Part shown: piece after piece, positions 14,401-25,623 of the stretch
How positions within the stretch are numbered: the stretch's first letter is position 1
Layout: each line of letters begins with the position of its first letter
Source: Balanoglossus misakiensis
Lineage: Eukaryota > Animalia > Hemichordata
Length of the DNA: 64,000 nt
Assembly: GCA_040954595.2 (NCBI GenBank)
Contig: CM082585.2
Coordinates: forward strand, 5,605,808 to 5,669,807
Direction: 5' to 3'
The notes under the pieces: model-generated
The model's input: the letters and a program-made list of their open reading frames with translations, nothing else
Told to the model about the DNA's origin: nothing
Database searches by the model: none
Program-made: the position numbers and the translations under genes

Positions 14401-15289
14401 GAAATCAAACATTGCCAAAAGATGGACGTTTTAAGCGTCAATACGCTATTATATCAAATAATAACTGTTTTGCATTTAATATCTTTCTATGAACTTCTGT
14501 CAAATTACAGGGAGAGACCTGTTTTGTTGCAGCGGAAGAATTGTGCGTTTATTATTGCGCAAAGAGGTTTACCTATGACTTCACCATAGGGAAATTTCTT
14601 TGATCACATGACATTTGCCACAACTTCAGGATAGTCTATGGACTGTCTCGTCGACAGATGGTCAACCGGGGTTAGACTGGGTCTTTTGTTTTTGGCCCGC
14701 TAACAAACCTGCTGACTAGACACTTACAATAAAGACAAGATCAATACATGACGTAACTTTTCAGCTTGGATGGGGAAACTTAATTTTAATACCGTGTATG
14801 TAACGTGTGAACGTTGTACATATGGTGTGGCGTGCAGCATGGATATCACCAGGTGTGCAACCAGATGTGCATTCGTGACGTGTGTGTAGGCAGTAGGACT
14901 AGGAACATGTTTTAATTAAAATTTGCTTTAAATTCATGCCTAAAAAGATACTAATAGGCCTGTGTGATGTAAACTGGTATTGTATAAAGTAGGCCTAACC
15001 GTTGGTAACAAGGGCAGTCGTACGATTTTTTGTTGGTTGTAAAAAGCATTTTTTACATGATTGAAGGAAAGTAAATTTTATCAGCGTCTTGTTACACCCA
15101 TACATGCACTAAACTTTTTATTTTCGACCATAAATCTTCCAGCCCCTCCCCAAATATTGTGCTATTACGCCCTCAACGAGATGTATGGGCGATTCATCAA
15201 CTGCATACATGACAGAGATATGCAACAATAGATTGACGTCATAGCCTTAGTCATAGACATAAGTACCTTATTTTTACCTGCGTCAGGTA

Positions 15290-15423
15290 GGTTGAGCCGC
15301 GGCCGAGTGGATCTGATCTCTAGAGCCTGAAGCTACTGATTCTAGCCCTGTACGCACTAATCGATCTACCCCGTCGATGGTGTATGGGCACTCCGCTTGG
15401 TTAAATCGACACTCAACCTTTTT
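15290..15423 (+). ncRNA. Putative Pol III panhandle RNA gene, copy 1 (vault-RNA-like)
   Basis: A-box-like CGGCCGAGTGG (15300-15310); terminal stem GGTTGAG/CTCAACC; inner stem GGCCGAGTGGA/TCCGCTTGGTT; TTTTT terminator 15419-15423; upstream TGACGTCA (15234-15241) and TATA-like CATAAGTA (15258-15265). Confidence 0.6.
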
Positions 15424-16229
15424 CCCACTTTCTTTTTCCCCTTCTTTCTTTATTTTAACCTTCCTATCACCTTCTTACGCCTGTAAATTTCCGATATTTT
15501 TCTTTTCGTTTCTTTTTTTTTTGCTCGACCGCATGGGGCCTTTGCTGAGCGAGAATAGAAAGTCACCGACGCGCCCCAGACGTGTGTCGGCTACATAGAG
15601 AACGCGTAGACGTTTTTCGGTATGATGGGGTGGGCGATAGGTCGGTGCATGGGAGTTAAATACGACATCAATGCTATTTCAAGTAAACTTGAAATATTAG
15701 CTTAAACTTTTAAAAAGTGCTTGTCAACGTTTTTCCTCAGCTGTGAGTGTATGGTTGTTATTTTCATTTACTCTATTAGTCAATAATGAAATAAGTTGAA
15801 TCATTCTGTACGTGCGCATAATGACATATTTATTGTACATTTTTACGAACATCATGTAATCGAAGCAAGCTAGATTTATAGTTACCAGTAAGCGGAGAGT
15901 TACGGCCGTCATTTTCAGAACAAGAAATGACATCACACTACTTTAACGAGAGAGAAAAAACATTCTCAACACATCAAATTTATTTTAAAAGTTAATGCGA
16001 CAATTACATATATTAGGGCCTACACAAATAATTTTGCTTCACAGACTGTCTACCGTTACATTGATTGTAACTCTACTGGTATACAGAGACGGACGTGCTA
16101 GCAATACGTACAGTCCCAATTGAAATTGACGATGAACGAAATCAATATAGGATAGAATTAAAGAAAAGAAGGAAACCAATGTCTTTATTATACAAATCTA
16201 AAAAGGTACAAGGCAGCAAAAAAATAAAA

Positions 16230-16335
16230 AAAATATAAGCGAGTGTCGAATTAACCGAAGTGGCGCATAAACCCTAAGGTTTGTTCATAAGCTTTAGGCT
16301 CTTTTGAACATAGACCACTCGGCCACGGCTCACAT
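16230..16335 (-). ncRNA. Putative Pol III panhandle RNA gene, copy 2 (vault-RNA-like)
   Basis: Paralog of 15290-15423 on the opposite strand: A box TGGCCGAGTGG, stems GTGAG/CTCGC and GGCCGAGTGG/CCACTTCGGTT, T-run terminator, TATATATA at 16360-16367 (about -25 to -32), TGACGTCA at 16451-16458. Confidence 0.6.
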
Positions 16336-17374
16336 AGTCAACAATGATCTGATTTTGACTATATATACCTTCGTCTACTGGCACACCTGAACCCGTCGTG
16401 TCATGTCAGCATATTTGCTGTTGAACGCCCGTTTCTATGCAGACGACCCTTGACGTCACTCCAAACAACCAGCTCTCCATTTTTCATTCTTTTCACCAAA
16501 TTAAGTAGGTCAAGCTAGGCTAGGCGACCAATCCGACGGCCTGGATATTATACATGTACATGTATGATCGCGGTGCCTAGCTAGTACATTTTTACCCGAA
16601 TGCTAACTGTAAACAGTTATGCGTTACATGCAATGGTTTCTTCTTGTTCGTGCGAAGGCATCAGGGGAATCTATATTAAAACAAACTTCTGTCACTTTAT
16701 ATGCGGACGTTTACATGTCTGTCCCTATTCTGCAATGTGCATTAAATTTATGTTAAATACAAGAAAATAAAAGAAGAAAGAAAAGAACAAAGGAAAGGAA
16801 AGAAACAAAACAAAAGGCGAGACAATGAAAGCTCGTCATTTGGTGGCGCCCTGCATTCCTGTTTTTCTGTCAATAAAATATGAATATACAATTTAGATAA
16901 GGTAGACGGAAGAAATTATGGTTCTTCTGTAAAAAACTGTGGTGTAAAAATAAGAGACTTCGGTGTTTTAATTAATTTATCAAAAATCGCAAGGCTTTCT
17001 CACTGTGTGTTATTCATCATTTGCTAGGGGGTAATGCTCCCCAGCGCAGGTAAAATAAGTCAATATTTTGGCAAAGATGGCCGATCGATTGACAACTTTT
17101 CTGCTACGAGAGACGATCAAATCATTCTCGCAGAGTAGGGGGTGGTAATGTAGATAAACGAGTAAGTATATATTTCCTCAAGAGAAATTAGTTGGATGGC
17201 AAAAGCTGGGGCGTCATGTCACAAATGCAATGGCTTAGAAAAATCATGGTTTTCCGTTCTGAAGATCACTGACGCCAGTGTTAACTTCGTGCTGCTGCGG
17301 ATCCGTAGCCCTACCACTTCCGGGAAGATAGCCCACGAACATTCTGTGTCCACATAGAGGTGATAAACCGAAAC

Positions 17375-20300
17375 ATGGCCACAAGCAGAAACAGTGACCC
17401 CTCTCTGCAAATGGACCACCCCAACTCGCCAAACATGACGCAGCCACCGATATCTGGCTCAGAGTGGGAGCAGGCAATTCAGGATGACTTCAAGGGGTTT
17501 ACGTCCATGGTTGAGGGATCGCAGGAGACTTCTCACCAACTGGATGTGCAAGGAGTCACCAAAAGACACTGGGTTGACAACAGTGAGAGGTCCGAGTGCG
17601 TGAATCCAAACTGTAAGAAGAAATTCTCACTCACAGAAAGAAAACACCACTGCAGAAGGTAGAGTGATGGAGACTTTCAATTCATATTTTCCCATTTCAT
17701 GTTACTCTTGAAACTGGCACAAATATGTGTACATGTACTTTCTGATATGTAATATCATCATAATAGAGTGTCTGAATTGAATTTGAATATGCTAAAAGGA
17801 TCTTTGTCACTTAGCAAAAATCAGAAGGACTTCTCAAAATCTTTCCATCATATACATCCCTAATAGCATATGTACTGGGAATTTCAATCTTGTGAGATAA
17901 ACTGTTTCAGGAATGACATGCAATGCATTGTCCTGCTTATCGAGGATAGCAATGTGAAGACAAACTCCATGTATATTATTATTTTACAAATATCTGTGGT
18001 TTCTTAGGTGTGGAGAGATCTACTGTTGGGATTGTACTTCATTTGAAAGAAGACTTTCAGTTTTAGCAGAACCAGACCCTGGGGGCAAACAATACAAGGT
18101 ACAATTCATATCTTTCATGTATGGGTGCAATGATTCAAATCAAAATTCATAATTTTACTAACATGAAATATTGAGAATTGGATTGTTGACATAAAGTTTT
18201 TTGATAATATTTTTCTTGTCTAGCTGATATAAAACAAAGTCACTATTACAGTATTAGGGCGTTATATTGGGCCGTTCACACAGACAGCTTTCATGTTGAG
18301 TTTAGATCTCGCTGATCATGCGTCTGCGTCACACTTTCACCGCCGTGGTTTGGTCCAACTCCGTTGTTTTCAATAGCAATCCAGGACTGTTGTACTGGAA
18401 AATGGGGGTGAAAGCAGTAATGTTGTAAAGCCCTATTAACTGACATCTTATCCGCTTTCACCCACAGGTCTGTTTCAGATGTTTTGATCAAGGCCCACAA
18501 ACAGTTGGCCAAGTATGTAGCCACACTGCTGGATTTCAACAATTCAGAAAAATCCCCAAGGTGACCAAAGAACAGGCGCCGTGCCTTGACCACTACAAGT
18601 AAGGAATGATGGCTGTTTTTCACGTTTGTACCAAGCCTATAGGTTTGAATTGTCATCAGCATATTGTACTTGTGATGGTATACACCCTTACCATAAGTTT
18701 AGCGCCTTCACACACAGCCATCATGAATTTGAACTCAAAGCGAGGTCAATGGGGAAAGTTCCAATCATATTAAGGGGATTACCCTATTGGCCTCAATTTG
18801 AGTTCAAATTCACGATGGCTGTGTGAGGGCGCTAAACTTAAGGAAAGGGTGTATTGGTGAGCTCCAATACTGCTTTTGATTTGAAAGTGGCTTTTAAGGA
18901 TGTACGCGCAGAACATAAACCGGAAACACTGCGCGCCCGGTCTTTTCCCCATAGGATTACATTGATAATCGCCAGAAAACAAATTTCTACTATAGTCATT
19001 TTCACGAAATTTTACACATAGCTCAGTCCAGCAAATATAAATTCATTGGTCAAATAAAATATAGGGGTCACCGCGCTCTTTTTTTAGATAAATTGCGTTA
19101 AAAATTTTGCCCATAGACAAACCATTGGTGAAAAATGCTGAGTCAGCAGATTTCTTCTATTATCGACTAAATTCATGGCTCTGTATTTCAAAAACAAGCG
19201 CGGTGACCCCTATATTTTATTACGAATTTTCATTATGTACATACAAACGGGAATAAAAAAATCCACAATTAAAAAAAAAGATAATACTTTCAATTTTACT
19301 GAACGTACATCCTTAACAACTTACCGGTACAAATACAAGATATTTCTGTTATTCTGTCAATTTGCAGTCAGCCTTTGTACGTGAAATCCGAGTGTAAGAG
19401 ACTAGTGGAAGGTTTCCAACAGAGCATCGGAAATTCCAAACTCAAATCGGCCATGAGTGAATTGATGAGTCCCGTTACATTTGTGCCCGAATGGCAGAAG
19501 TGCCAGAGATGGACTGTAAGTTGCATTTACAATCATTTCTCAAGTTTTATCTTCTGTGTGTCTTGTATGGGGTTGCTCCTTCGTTGGCTTTTTACTTCAA
19601 CACTGAGGGCAGTCTGTATTGAAAATCAAATCAGAGAAATCTATTTGATCGCAGATCTGAGTTGCTTCTAGTCTGATAACTATAATAATAAAATGTGTTT
19701 TGATATTCATTCATATCTGTGATGTAGCCCTGGTGTCTGAAGTTCAGTACAGGTACCAAACGATAGCCTTCAAATAACTTGACCCATTTGTTGGATTAAG
19801 TGCCCTGGGTGTGAAGGTCTTGGTGCAGAAAGCCCAGCTTTCAAGAAAAGAAGGGTACATTGAACAGAAAGCTATGTAGACATGTTTAAATCTGGGCATT
19901 TGAACATACATGTACATGTACTTCAGAGAGTGGAACAAAAAAAAAAAAATAGTCAGCACACAGTACTACTGAAATATTTTTAGGATGCAACTTTTTGTTT
20001 TAAAGATGATGTTTTAATTCGGTTTTCCATAACTTGTTTGTTACAGCCCAAGAGTGCCACCGATGTTTGCCAGCGATGCAAGCAGCTGTTTGGTTGGATG
20101 AGTAAAAAATACAACTGCAAAATCTGCGGTTGCGTTGTGTGCACCTTGTGTTCGTCCACCGATTTGCTGCTGTTCATACCGGATGAGAATACCTGCCAAG
20201 TTCAAGAACCACAGTGGGCCATTATCAGGCTTATTGGGGTGAGTTTTTGCACGTTGGTTGTGTGCAGTAAAATTCCCTAAGCACCCAGTGGTGGTGGAGT

Positions 20301-20886
20301 ACACTAGGGCTGGACATTTAGTAGTCTTGAGGTCTGGGACCAGTTGTTTTCTGTCAGTTCAAATCCTGATGAAGAAGGGCAGAAAATGTTCGAATGCTAA
20401 CTGACTGCAAATTGAAAACACTGATTCCAGGCCAAACAAGACTCTGTAAAGTAATTGTCTACATGTCAGAGATATCTGAGTAATTATTTATTGCTGTTTT
20501 CGTCTTTATTCTGTGTCTAATTGTGAACTGGTAAAAAAGGATGTTTTCTCAACTACCGGTAAAATGGAGAGTACATCATCTGAGAGATCAACTGGCAGCA
20601 AAATACCTGATCTTAGAGAAAAATAAACTTGTTTATTCTGTTGTTTTCTTAGTGCCCTGAAGTGGAACCAGATGTGCACCTCTACCTCCGCGTTTGCAAC
20701 AACTGTAAACGACTCCTGCAGGAAGTCCAAATCCAGGAGGAGAAGACGGCGTGCAGAGCACAGCAACAAACAGAAGGCAACAACAATGAAGTCAATCTCA
20801 GCACAGACTATGTTTACAGGAAGATAGTGCCCATCCAGGAGAAAATAGACGCTCAGTTACCGGAGGTCAGAATCTACCCCCCTAAA

Positions 20887-20930
<44 letters not shown>

Positions 20931-22631
20931 CAAAAAAACAAACAAACAAACAAACAAAAACAAACAACAAAACAAAAACAAAAATGTGATTTTAACAACT
21001 GTTTTAGGTTAGCATCCCTAAAATCAAGTCTTCTACATCAGAAAATGTCAATTTTTTTTTCTTCTTTTGCCAGTACAAGAAATTAATAGACGGACTGGAG
21101 ATCGGACTGGGCTGTCCCCAATCACTGCCGAAGGTCAGAAGCAATACACAGATCTTGGCGAAAGCGCAGGTATGTAAAACACTTGGGTGAGCGCTGTAGT
21201 CCAAATATGGAACTGTGGTTCAGAATACGGGTTGAACATTTTCACATGTTTTGTTGGTCCCTTCTTCTGGATGATGTGCAGAACAGAGACTTATGGATTG
21301 GACTCTGTCTGTCCGTTTGTCAGTCAGTCAGTCAGTCTGTCTGTCTGTCCATCTGTCTGTCTGACTGTGTGTGCATGCGTGTGTACACAGCTGGTACTTG
21401 GACATGCCTTGGACGATTTCATTCAAACTTGGTGCATGGACCATGTACTTTGACGTCATATGTACGTAAATTTATTGTTCTTCAAATCAAACTTTTCCTA
21501 CTCTATAAAACAGCAGGGACTGCTAGTATGTCATTGACAATGACTTGTTTTCACGGAGATTTACATTTGCTGTATATAATTAAATTAAGTTACTATTGTA
21601 CCCTACTTAACCATTTCACCTATTTCCCTCTGTAGAGGTCCAACTTTACCATAGAAAACAACAGCTTTGGACCAAACCATGGTGCTGAAAGGGTTAAAGA
21701 TGTTCTGTTTATTATTATCTAAACAGGGTGATCTGGCTGACCATTTTACATCCTTTGTCTTTGCTGTTATGAGTATTAAACACATTAAGGCTAAGACAAA
21801 AGCCCAACAGACTGTTGTCAGAAATCTCATGAAGGTGAGAGATCTTTTTTTCTGGCATTTATCATTTACCAGAAACTTTTTCTGGCTACTTCAGATTTTC
21901 TCTTGAAATTGTTGTTAATTTGAGTGAATGTTGTACAGAACAGATGAAATAAATTAATTTATGAATCATTCAAAATACATTGTAAGTTGATAAGGCCCTC
22001 AAAGGCAACTTCTGCCACTATTATTTTTGTCTCTTTTTGTACAAAATTGTGCGAGTAACAGTTACATGGGGAAAATGGCTTTTCCTGAATTACCAAACCC
22101 AAAGCTCGTCCTTTTGATTCTTTTGGCTGCAGTGTAAGTTTGAATACTACCAGGACAACATGTACCTGTTTCGTCAGCTGAAGAAACGACTAGCCGCCGT
22201 CACACCCATGGAAGTCTTGGAAAGGATTCAACAGATAGTGCATAATAACGTGAGTAATTGGACGTAAAAATGTGGTTAATATGGACAGAGTACTCAGAAA
22301 ATCATGTACATAATGGAGACACTAATACACTGATTCTATACATGTATGTATGATGTGTATGCTTGTCCTATGAAGGATATTATTAATATGTAATGTATTG
22401 TGTGGTTTATTTCCCTAGGCTATAAATGGTGCCTTTCTGGCTACAAGACAACTGGCGTACGAGTCACTTAATCTATGCATGAAGCACAAGTTGAATGAAC
22501 AGATGGCTGCCAGCATTATGATCACATCGGAGGTAAGACTTTGTAGTATAACATGCGCTGAGATTTGTGTGTTGACGTGTTTGTGGATATTGGTGTGTGT
22601 GTGTGTGCCTGGTGTGTCTCTGTCTGCTGTC

Positions 22632-22678
<47 letters not shown>

Positions 22679-23341
22679 ATGTATGTATGTATGTATGTAT
22701 GTATGTATGTATGTATGTATGTATGTATGTATGTATGTATGTCTGTCTGTCTGTCTGTCTGTCTGAGGCAAGATTGAAATTATCATACCTGTTTCACTGT
22801 TTAATAATAAGCAATTGTCATACCAGCTTCACGTTTAATGATAAGCGATTGTTTCTTTGCAGGTGATAATGAAGGAACTCAAGGCGAGTATTGAAGAGGA
22901 AGGAGAGAATTGGGCCAAGCATAAAGAAAAGGCAGAAACCTTCGTCAAAATGCAACTCAAAGGCAGTGTGAGTTTACTTTTCAAGTCTTCCTATGTAATT
23001 CTGATCCAAAAACACAAATGATAACAATGAGTTTTTGTCTGAACATGACTTATAGCTGCCTTGTTCTACCTCTGTTTTTGTTTCAGGAGGGGGATGGCAA
23101 GACCAGGCGATACATCAAGCCGTCAAAGACTGAAATCCATGCCAAGGGACCGGAATACCTGGAAAAATTTCTCCCCAATAGATGTGAGCATGTAATCAGC
23201 AAGATCATTCTTCAACTAAAGGCGAAGTCAATGGACAAGAAATTCCAACCGTCTAAAGAATCTCTGGGGAAACTGAGAGAAAAACTGAAGAGAATTGTTG
23301 ACTTAGAAGACTGGGATGATATAGAGGATGCCCACGGATAG
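17375..23341 (+). CDS. Tandem-FYVE protein, rabenosyn-5/Pep7(Vac1)-like, about 617 aa; exons 17375-17658, 18008-18098, 18468-18598, 19368-19515, 20047-20238, 20653-20865, 21074-21169, 21727-21834, 22133-22249, 22419-22532, 22863-22967, 23087-23341
   Basis: FYVE1: HWVD..C...C.[23 protein letters not shown]...KVCFRC. FYVE2: CQRC...KKYNCKICGCVVCTLC...LRVCNNC. Rabenosyn-like linker (GQVCSHTAGFQQFRK) and post-FYVE helix (VYRKIVPIQEKIDAQLPEYKKLIDGL). All 11 introns are GT-AG with consistent phase, total 1854 nt. Confidence 0.88.
18681..18853. mobile_element. Palindromic foldback MITE
   Basis: Imperfect inverted arms of about 80 bp: TACACCCTTACCATAAGTTTAGCGCC...ATGAATTTGAACTCAAA / TTTGAGTTCAAATTCACG...GGCGCTAAACTTAAGGAAAGGGTGTA. 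Confidence 0.75.
18894..19316. mobile_element. TTAA-flanked non-autonomous DNA transposon (Kolobok-like)
   Basis: TTAA-GGATGTACG ... CGTACATCC-TTAA, plus an internal inverted repeat TAAAATATAGGGGTCACCGCGCT / AGCGCGGTGACCCCTATATTTTA. Confidence 0.75.
20890..20983. repeat. (CAA)n / (CAAA)n microsatellite, intronic
   Basis: Directly visible repeat downstream of the donor at 20866. Confidence 0.9.
21607..21697. mobile_element. About 90-bp piggyBac-like MITE, family copy
   Basis: TTAA-CCATTTCA ... TGAAAGGG-TTAA with core ACCATAGAAAACAA...TGGACCAAACCATGGTG. Related copies near 18331-18415, 31143-31237, 32900-32992, 40358-40451, 41589-41680 and 44247-44343. Confidence 0.7.
22636..22764. repeat. 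Compound microsatellite (TG)n(TATG)n(TCTG)n
   Basis: Directly visible. Confidence 0.95.
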
Positions 23342-23914
23342 AGAATGTGTCTTCACGCCTGCTGATATTTCAACTTTGACCCTGCCATTAGTTTGTTTTC
23401 TCTTCCTTTCTCCAGTTTACTTAAAACTGACAGTGTGGTTGCCAACTACTTAAGTATACCGAGAGAATATCAAACTTCTATTCATATTTCTTTCTGAATT
23501 GTTAAAGCACTGCTAGCTCTCGAATCATGGGAAGAGTGTACCTGTGCAGGTTTAACCTACACAGATATCGGTAATTATCTTCCACTGAAGTGCATAGGGG
23601 CTCTAAACAGTTGACCAAATAGCAATGATGTTCAGTGTTCTTCCAACATGGGCGGCTGCTCGTACATTTCGGCAAAACAATAGTATTTCTTTAACATAAC
23701 AATTATATTGTTATGTAATTTTATCCAGAGTCCCCAAAATCAACAATATGATGATATGACGGTCAGACTGTGGGAACACTTGGCAACAGTACTTTTAGTA
23801 GTTACTTATACAAACTTTTTATACTACACTTTGTGTATAAAAGCTGAACACCTCTTAATTATTTACATTTTAAAATAAAATTGTAAAGTTTTAGTCAACT
23901 CTAAAGCCAATATA

Positions 23915-23964
23915 TTTAGGGTTTCGAGACCCTCTGGTCTCGAAACCCTCTTGAAATCGTGTTG

Positions 23965-23997
<33 letters not shown>

Positions 23998-25623
23998 CTT
24001 CTTCCCACTCTTAAAAACAGCCGCTATTCGAAGACCGTTGCACCCAATGACTTGAAATTTGGCTCATAGGTAAAACTCAAAGCAAGTAATTTTCTGATCA
24101 TGTAACTATGGCAACAGGTCACATGACCTGGCAGCCATCTTGGATTGAAAGTTTAAAATTGATCTCGTTTGCATAAAAAATGACGAATCAAAATTCTTTG
24201 AACAAACTTTGTGGACCATATGGCCAGGGTCCTATATGCAAAATTTCAATGTTCAAGTCTTTGCCGATTTTGAGGAGATGATTTTTAAAGCATTATTTTT
24301 CATATTTTTCAAGACCATTGGACCCAGCCTTAGGCCTATACTTTCCATAGTTAAGCTATGGCCACCTAGGATCTTAGATTTATGCCCAATATCTCAACAT
24401 CCGCTGGGCTGATCAACTTCAAATTTATTGTGCAGCTAGCCTACCTTCCAACAATCAGTTCCAACTGGAAAAAATAATATGAAAAATCGACCGATTTTTT
24501 TATATTAATTTTTTTATGAAATCTATACCTATACGTATTCCACTATAGTTAAGCTATGGCCAAGTCGTTTTGTAGAATTCTGGTTGGTGCAATAGTCCTA
24601 TCGGCCAGTGTGCAGCATAGGACCACAAAAAGAAGCCAAATTAATTCAAGGGTCACCTGTGACACCTGCCTAACTCATTAATTATGTGCATACCTAATTC
24701 GAGGCAAACCAATAGGGCTACAGGTCTGATTTTTGTTAGACATGGACCAGTATGGGGTCAAATTATCCCCCAAAATTTGGGGTGACCTTGAGTGACCTTT
24801 GACCTTCTTCCGCATATCTCGGCATCCAGAGCAGGTACAGCTTAGGTGTTTGGGTGGATGGTACCAAAATAAGAAGCCAAATTCAAGGGTCACCTGTGAC
24901 ACCTGCCTAACTCATTAATTATGTGCATACCTAATTCCAGGCAAACCAATAGGGCTACAGGTCTGATTTTTGTTGGACATGAACCAGTATGGGGTCAAAT
25001 TATCCCCCAAAATTTGGGGTGACCTTGGGTGACCTTTGACCTACTTCCTCATATCTCGGCATTTACAGCAGGTACAGCTTAGGTGTTTGGGTGGATGGTA
25101 CCAAAATAAGAAGCCAAAATTTAGGGTCACCTGTGACACCTGCATAACTCATTAATTATGTGCAAACCTAATTCCAGCCAAACTAACAGGGCTACAGGTC
25201 TTGTGTTTGTTGGATATGTACCACTAGGGGATCAAATTGTTTTGCCCAAATTTCGGGTGACCTTGGGTGACCTTTGACCTACTTCCGCATATCTCGGCAT
25301 CCACAGCAGGTACAGCTTAGGTGTTTGGGAGGATGGTACCAAAATAAGTAGCCAAAATTTAGGACCACCTGTGACACCTGCCTAACTATGTGCATAACTA
25401 AGTACACACGAACCAATAGGGCTAGATGTGTGGTTTTTATTGGACATGGACCAATATAGTGTCAAAATTTTCTGCTCATATTTAGGGTGACCTCACATGA
25501 CGTTTGACCAACTTTCCCACATCCTCCACCCTGACTAATTAAATATGCACATATCTATCTCCAGGCGAACCAATAGGGCTAGCAGTGTCTCGAAACCCGC
25601 TTATTGCTGTTCACAGCTATATT
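23915..25623 (+). mobile_element. Non-autonomous Helentron/DINE-1 (HINE)-like element with internal tandem array
   Basis: 5' hairpin AGGGTTTCGAGACC-ctct-GGTCTCGAAACCCT (23918-23949), (TAT)n microsatellite, internal tandem repeats, 3' subterminal inverted repeat TCTCGAAACCC (25588-25598), short 3' stem-loop GCTGTTCACAGC (25606-25617), T-rich ends. Confidence 0.75.
24630..25580. repeat. Tandem repeat, unit about 237-238 bp, about 4 copies
   Basis: The motif GGTCACCTGTGACACCTGCCTAACTCATTAATTATGTGC recurs near 24651, 24888, 25125 and 25363. Confidence 0.92.

Noticed and set aside
15290-16335. tRNA-Ser/Leu call for the two A-box-containing elements
   Set aside because: No TTC T-loop or T-stem and wrong acceptor spacing; the A box pairs with the 3' region instead.
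20866-21012. Poly-Gln tract in ORF 20662-21012
   Set aside because: Lies after the splice donor at 20866; it is an intronic CAA microsatellite.
22415-22866. MYVC/HTYI repeat ORFs (also 31945-32450)
   Set aside because: Translations of (TATG)n and (TG)n microsatellites.
24630-25580. CRISPR-like array
   Set aside because: Whole 237-bp units repeat with no unique spacers, no cas genes, eukaryotic context.
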